DNA of 64,000 nucleotides, taken from NCBI GenBank assembly GCA_051003195.1, contig JBPCLP010000055.1, forward strand, positions 58,313-122,312, read 5' to 3'. This stretch comes from Candidatus Sumerlaeaceae bacterium. GTDB taxonomy: Bacteria > Sumerlaeota > Sumerlaeia > Sumerlaeales > Sumerlaeaceae. Each line of letters starts with the position of its first letter. The first letter of the stretch is position 1. The notes beneath the pieces are model-generated. The model was not told the DNA's origin and did no database searches. It was given only the letters and a program-made list of their open reading frames with translations. Shown piece after piece: positions 59,028-64,000 of this stretch. The position numbers and the translations under genes are program-made.

Positions 59028-60269
59028 ATGATCCACAACCATTGGATAACGTTGCTGGCGATCTTGATCATCAGCATCGTAATCTCCACCTCACAGGCCG
59101 TGCAACCTGCTGACACCACTTCTTCTACGGCACATACGAGGGACATCACCGTAGCCGCGTATTACTATCCGTGCACCCATTCCCATCCGCGATGGGACAA
59201 AGCCAAGTACCCGGGATTTACCGAATGGGATCTCGTGCGAAAAGCGAAGCCGCGGTTTCCCGGGCACAAGCAACCCAAGGTCCCTGTCTGGGGCTACACC
59301 GACGAATCCGATCCTGCGGTGATGGCTCAAAAGATCGATGCCGCTGCCGAGCACGGCATCGATGCCTTCATTTTCGACTGGTACTATTACGACGACGGCC
59401 CCTACCTGGAACGCGCCCTCGACAATGGATTTCTGAATGCGAAGAACAACTACCGCATCAACTTCGCCCTGATGTGGGCCAACCACGACTGGTTTGATAT
59501 CCAGGGATACAACCCCGCCGATCCAGTGAAACTCCTTTATCCAGGCAAAGCGAGGCCAGCCACGTGGGAGAAGATCACCGAACTCGTCATCAGCCGCTAC
59601 TTCAAGCATCCCAGCTACTGGCGCGTAGACGGCAAACCTTATTTCTCCATCTACGAGATGAGCCTCTTTCTCGAAAGCTTGGGTTCGGTCGACAAGGCGC
59701 GCGCGGCGCTGGACGAATTCCGGCAGAAGGCGCGCGATGCAGGTCTGCCCGGTGTGCATGTGAATGCCGTGTTGTGGGGAACACCCAACTTGCCCGGCGG
59801 CAAAACCCCGGCGGACTGGCCACGCCTGTGCCGCGATCTCGCACTCGACAGCGTCACCGGCTACACCTGGGTTCACCATGGTGCGCTGGACTACTCCACC
59901 TTCCCCGTCAGCGACTACGTTGCTGGCCGCGACAAATACCTGGCGTTCTGGGAGAAGACGCTTACGGAACTGCCCGTGCCATATTTTCCAAACACGACCA
60001 TCAACTGGGATAACTCCCCGCGAGCGCACCCGGACGCTAAGTGGGACAAACCCGCGGCGCACGTCGTCAATCCGGTCATGACCGGCAACACCCCTGCCGC
60101 GTTTGGCGAAGCATGCAAGCTGATCAAGAATCGACTTCTGGCTGCGCCCACCCAGCCGAAAGTTGTAACCGTCAACGCATGGAACGAATGGCCGGAAGGC
60201 AGCACCCTCGAACCGGAACAGGAGCACGGGTACGGCTACCTCGAAACCATCAAAGCCGTGTTTGAGTGA
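59028..60269 (+). CDS. Secreted GH99-like/WbsX-family protein
   Basis: AYYYP..H, TEW..V..AKPRFPGH.QP, GIDAFIFDWY, MWANHDW, WDNSPR, NAWNEWPEG..LEP. Confidence 0.85.
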   Translation: MIHNHWITLLAILIISIVISTSQAVQPADTTSSTAHTRDITVAAYYYPCTHSHPRWDKAKYPGFTEWDLVRKAKPRFPGHKQPKVPVWGYTDESDPAVMAQKIDAAAEHGIDAFIFDWYYYDDGPYLERALDNGFLNAKNNYRINFALMWANHDWFDIQGYNPADPVKLLYPGKARPATWEKITELVISRYFKHPSYWRVDGKPYFSIYEMSLFLESLGSVDKARAALDEFRQKARDAGLPGVHVNAVLWGTPNLPGGKTPADWPRLCRDLALDSVTGYTWVHHGALDYSTFPVSDYVAGRDKYLAFWEKTLTELPVPYFPNTTINWDNSPRAHPDAKWDKPAAHVVNPVMTGNTPAAFGEACKLIKNRLLAAPTQPKVVTVNAWNEWPEGSTLEPEQEHGYGYLETIKAVFE

Positions 60270-60302
60270 CGACCCAACGAAGCAGTAGAACCGCCATTAG
60301 AT

Positions 60303-60452
60303 ATCTGGGGTGAGTTCCGGGGTGGTGAGATCCGTGGTCAACTCCATAACTATTCTGTGGCTGGGTGCTTCAGGACAGCCTCTCCGTCACTCGCGAAAGT
60401 AATGCAAGTCGAGCTTCTTCACTTTAAAGCTGATCCGGAGCTGACCCCAGAT
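60303..60452. repeat. 150-bp segment bounded by 18-bp inverted repeats
   Basis: ATCTGGGGTGAGTTCCGG (60303-60320) vs CCGGAGCTGACCCCAGAT (60435-60452), 16/18 complementary. Confidence 0.6.
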
Positions 60453-60538
60453 TTCCCGATCCGGTAATTTTTATCCACGAATCTCACGAATTTCACGAAT
60501 GATGCTATGGGGTGCGAGGGCGCGGGCGGTGGCGGTTG

Positions 60539-61052
60539 GAGGTTTTTCAAGTTTTTTTCAAGTTTGCAGTGTAGAGGCTTGAAAGGGTTGGACATGTATT
60601 CAAGTTTTTCAAGTGGGGTAATTTCGCCACTTGAAAAACGGTCATCCTCGCGTAATAATTCGCCGGGCCCAGTGCGCCCTTGCAGCGGGGGGTTGCCGGA
60701 CGGCGCGGTTTTCCCGCCGGACGCAAAGATGCAAAGTGCGACGCGGATTGGGCGTAGAAGTCCCTTTGCCCTCGGTCGCGGCGTTCGGGCTCCATAGTTT
60801 TCAAAGAACACGTTCGGCTAACTACGCTGGCACGTTTACACGAGGTTGGGGGGCGTGTCACTTCCCTGGCTTACCCTTAAAGTGGGCTAACTCCAATAAA
60901 GTCGAAAGAGATTTTTGGATGAACGTGCTCTGGTGCGTGCGGGCAGCTCCGGAGGAGCACCGTTGCTCGACGTGGCATGCTGATTAGACTTCAGGGTGAG
61001 AAAGTTTGATCGTCGAGCGTGAAGGCGACGCACTCCCACGTCCCTTGTAACT
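60539..61052 (-). repeat. Long non-coding inverted repeat, right copy
   Basis: Reverse complement aligns to 53731-54261, e.g. AGAAAGTTTGATCGTCGAGCGT at 60999-61020. Confidence 0.9.
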
Positions 61053-61206
61053 TAACCTTCCGCGTAACTGATCTTTTCTCGAAGAATCGATGACGCTAGC
61101 AAATTAATTACTGCAAACGTCAACCGTGACCGAATTTCGTACCCGAATTTCGAATTTTCGTCCCGAAGTTTCCTTGCAATTGAGTGAGGGCTAAAAAAGC
61201 AATGCG

Positions 61207-61665
61207 CTACGACTCCGCGTCATCTGCATCGCAGCACGGCACAAATAGATCTTGTCCCACAAACTCGATGTGCCCGGCCACAGTCTCGGCGCTTGGGTAC
61301 AGAATTATGTATTGAACGCGCCTGTGACCAACAATGGGGATTACGGTAACGTTTTTAACCTTCGACAGAAGTAGGGCACTAATTTCTTCGACCTGCAAAG
61401 CGTGATCGTCACAGGCTTCCTTTAAACTGGGCGTCTTCCTAGCCGCGCCAGTTCCGCCAGAGCCCTCCGACTTTCGCTTTTGCTCCCGGTTCCAGCGTGT
61501 TTCGGCTCGCAGCAAAAGATCGATGGCATGCAGCAGGTCGCCTGCAAGCCCTCGCAGGTTTTCTTCCTTGTTGTAGAGTGTTATCGCCGGGGATTTGTGC
61601 AACATTTCGGGGCCACCACTTCCCTTGTTCTTCTCTCTTGCAGGTTCATTTCGGAGTGCATGCAC
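61207..61665 (-). CDS. Hypothetical protein
   Basis: Co-oriented last ORF of the islet; start uncertain. Confidence 0.55.
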   Translation of the reverse strand: MHALRNEPAREKNKGSGGPEMLHKSPAITLYNKEENLRGLAGDLLHAIDLLLRAETRWNREQKRKSEGSGGTGAARKTPSLKEACDDHALQVEEISALLLSKVKNVTVIPIVGHRRVQYIILYPSAETVAGHIEFVGQDLFVPCCDADDAES

Positions 61666-61691
61666 AATTGCGATTACATCTCGGTCTCCGT

Positions 61692-61940
61692 CTAATCGTC
61701 TTTTGGGAGCGGTTCGTCATCACTCTTTTTGTATTCGTAAGTAATCATCTCGTCGTCTATTTCCTCTTTAGGAGAAGGCTCAAAATCACTCTTGTAGAGC
61801 AAGACCATGTCAGCAATAGGAAAGAGTTCCCAGTTCCTCTCTTCGATGATCTCCCCGGGTGAAAAGTACCCGGCCTCGCTCGCAAGTTGCTCCTGCACTT
61901 CAGGCTTTAAATCGGTGAACATTATGGGCACGACTCTCAT
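61692..61940 (-). CDS. Small acidic hypothetical protein
   Basis: 22 Asp/Glu in 82 aa; ATGA overlap with the upstream hydrolase. Confidence 0.7.
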   Translation of the reverse strand: MRVVPIMFTDLKPEVQEQLASEAGYFSPGEIIEERNWELFPIADMVLLYKSDFEPSPKEEIDDEMITYEYKKSDDEPLPKDD

Positions 61941-62983
61941 GGATGACTGCCTTTCAACTTGTTGAGATCCTCCTCGCTTTCATTCTGTTGCAACTCGATG
62001 TTCCGGTCCCTTGTGTCGACTGGCCTTACCAAAAGGCTGGCCAGTTGGCTTGCGAGCGACGTGATGTGCTGCGCTTCGTGCATCTCTTCGACCCATTTGC
62101 GGGGAATATGGACTTGCCCGTAGTAAGCACCCGAGATCGCTCCGCAAATAGCGGCATGCGTATCGTTGTCACCTCCGAAGCTCGCACAGTGCGCTACGGC
62201 ATCTTCGAAACCATCGTGATGTAGGAACATGGCAATGGCAAGCTGAACGGCGTCGATTGCTTGATTGTAAGACTTCTGGGGGAACTCGCCAGAAAGACAA
62301 ACTTCTATGGTGTGCCGATTGCAAGAACCGCAAGCCACCAAATCCCTGCGAGCATGGCCAATAACTTCGGCGCGACTGAGATTTGTCTCCTCGACAGCAT
62401 TCAAAAGGCAGCGACGCACGACCATATTTTCTGCGATGCAGGGATCAATCGACAGGGGAGAAGGATGGGTTACAATGCTGGCCCACCGAGTTGCCTCCAT
62501 CAGCTTGTTTATATCATTGTAGTAACGCAGGGCAACAGGATATGCTCGCATTGCTGAACCATTACTACCAGTTGTCTGGCCGCGCCCCATAAGCTCCATG
62601 TCCTGCGCTCGACGGCCAGCACGAAACATATCAATGCCTCGCGCTGTCGTTCCGCCAATGTCCTGAGCCTTTGCAGCCCAACCGACTAGCTTTCTACCGA
62701 ATGTTTCATACCAGTCCCCTGTGAAATCCTCTTCATCAGGGTACTGAATGATAGTCTCAGCGAGCAGAATTGCTTGCTGGGTATCGTCGGTAATTTCTCC
62801 AGCTTTGAATCCGAATGGGGAGTCGTTAACGTAGCGGCGCAGTGGGTATACCCCGTATCGTTTTCGAATTTCAGCTGAGGATGCAAATTCCACTCCCGCG
62901 CCGAGACAATCTCCACATGCCGCGCCAAGGAAGCACCCGACGGAGTGATTATTTAATCTGTCGTGAGAATTGGTCATCATCAT
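61937..62983 (-). CDS. ADP-ribosylglycohydrolase (DraG/ARH family)
   Basis: G.ACGDCLG..VEF, TDDTQ, GSNGSAMR..P, THP, GGDNDT.AAI.GAI.GA.YG...IP..W. Confidence 0.92.
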   Translation of the reverse strand: MMMTNSHDRLNNHSVGCFLGAACGDCLGAGVEFASSAEIRKRYGVYPLRRYVNDSPFGFKAGEITDDTQQAILLAETIIQYPDEEDFTGDWYETFGRKLVGWAAKAQDIGGTTARGIDMFRAGRRAQDMELMGRGQTTGSNGSAMRAYPVALRYYNDINKLMEATRWASIVTHPSPLSIDPCIAENMVVRRCLLNAVEETNLSRAEVIGHARRDLVACGSCNRHTIEVCLSGEFPQKSYNQAIDAVQLAIAMFLHHDGFEDAVAHCASFGGDNDTHAAICGAISGAYYGQVHIPRKWVEEMHEAQHITSLASQLASLLVRPVDTRDRNIELQQNESEEDLNKLKGSHP

Positions 62984-63021
62984 TATTTTGTTTCACCTCA
63001 CGCAAACGTTACTCATCGTGA

Positions 63022-63882
63022 CTACAGTATCGACCCAACGTGTTCCTCGTAATACTTCCGCCCCTGTTCGGTCAGCGACCATACGCCGCGTGGATCGCCA
63101 TCGTAAAGGAGTTCCTCAAGCACGAGTTTTTTCCGTTCCCAGTGCACATAGTTCTTCCAACGGATGGAACCACCTGAAGGAAGCGTCTCCAGGTCGGCTT
63201 CTGTAAATTTCCCTTCCCGCTCCGCTTCTATATGAGAATCGACTTCATACGCCTCGGCGCACCCGCCGTTCTGAACCAGAAAATCCAGTATCATCTTACG
63301 ATAACAATTTTGAGAAGTCGCGCCCACCGCGTTCCTGGCAAACTCGCCTGTCATCATGTGCCTTGGCGTTGACCGCACCAACTTGGCGCCGGGGTAGATT
63401 GGTAAGTCTACAAGCTGCGGCGGACGCAAAGCGTTCCACTTTAATTCCAGATCTTCTAAGTGCCTGAGCAGTCGTTCCAATCTGTCGACAGCGTGTACGT
63501 TTGTATGGCTGCTTGCAGACTCTGCTGCAAGATGAAGTCCAAGGCAGGTCTCAAAAATTGCGGTTGTGCACTGCACCAGCCTTCTGAAAAGTGAACCTTT
63601 TTGTGCGGGGCAGCACGGCACTTGGTTATTTGGAAAACCGGAATGACGTAAAGCGCGTCCCCAATCCTCAGACCACTTTTCTAAGTGTGCCTGAATCTGC
63701 TCAATTTGTTTTACGTAGTTTAGCAGGCTTCTTTTGTTTCGTGGCTCGTTCTTGAGAAAGCCGCATGCATGATGGCCAAGATCGTGACGGGTCTGATCGG
63801 CGTTGTGCAGAACCAGTTTCAGTATGTGCTCTTGGCAGGGCGGCAAACCAATGTTCGTCGGTAGTGTCATGCCATTCTCCAT
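63022..63882 (-). CDS. Protein with an unknown helical N-terminus and a C-terminal Mrr_N-like winged-helix domain
   Basis: Y...IL..L...GG.....EV...D.E.LPSGG..RW.N.V.W....L......RGVWSLTEQG pattern. Confidence 0.75.
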   Translation of the reverse strand: MENGMTLPTNIGLPPCQEHILKLVLHNADQTRHDLGHHACGFLKNEPRNKRSLLNYVKQIEQIQAHLEKWSEDWGRALRHSGFPNNQVPCCPAQKGSLFRRLVQCTTAIFETCLGLHLAAESASSHTNVHAVDRLERLLRHLEDLELKWNALRPPQLVDLPIYPGAKLVRSTPRHMMTGEFARNAVGATSQNCYRKMILDFLVQNGGCAEAYEVDSHIEAEREGKFTEADLETLPSGGSIRWKNYVHWERKKLVLEELLYDGDPRGVWSLTEQGRKYYEEHVGSIL

Positions 63883-64000
63883 TGCGTGTTAATTAATTCG
63901 TTTTGAGGGGACGTTTTGAGGGGACAGGTTACGAATTTCAGGGACGAATTTCAGGGACGGTTGACGTTTTTTCCTATTGTTCGGGCGCGGGTAGCACGGC

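Larger units (their letters stand above)
61115..63969. mobile_element. Putative non-autonomous element bounded by 40-bp terminal inverted repeats
   Basis: 61115-61154 vs reverse complement of 63930-63969 match 32/40, with the outer 13 bp AAACGTCAACCGT identical; 13-bp sub-repeats; no transposase inside. Confidence 0.65.

Overview
This window is bacterial chromosomal DNA with a visibly moderate-to-high GC content and a diderm-type gene set. The gene mix suggests an under-studied phylum, and Ca. Sumerlaeota/BRC1 is a tentative inference only. 1-37 kb is mostly housekeeping in fragmented order: ROK regulator, acpP-fabF, ftsK, a lone sdhA followed by vapBC, tsaE, a GGDEF protein, galE, aroB, tRNA-Ser(GCT), mdh, rpmB, a lone rplA, terC and hisC-aroF. 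Surface-glycan genes are interleaved. 38-53 kb holds a cluster of GT-C-type/TPR membrane glycosyltransferases followed by secreted proteins. Two unrelated secreted proteins end in the same 11-aa motif, VPVxVSxFSIE-stop, a candidate new sorting or anchoring signal. 53.7-61.05 kb is a GH2 + GH109-like + GH99/WbsX-like cassette bracketed by a diverged ~520-bp non-coding inverted repeat that contains a boxA-like motif. 61.1-64 kb is a transposase-less 4-gene islet (Mrr_N-like protein, ADP-ribosylglycohydrolase, small acidic protein, hypothetical) bounded by 40-bp terminal inverted repeats with 13-bp sub-repeats. A 98-bp MITE-like element with a covarying hairpin (5 full copies and 1 partial) repeatedly sits on gene stop codons. 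A related longer REP-like element shares its ends. All family calls come from motif recognition by eye; no database searches were run.
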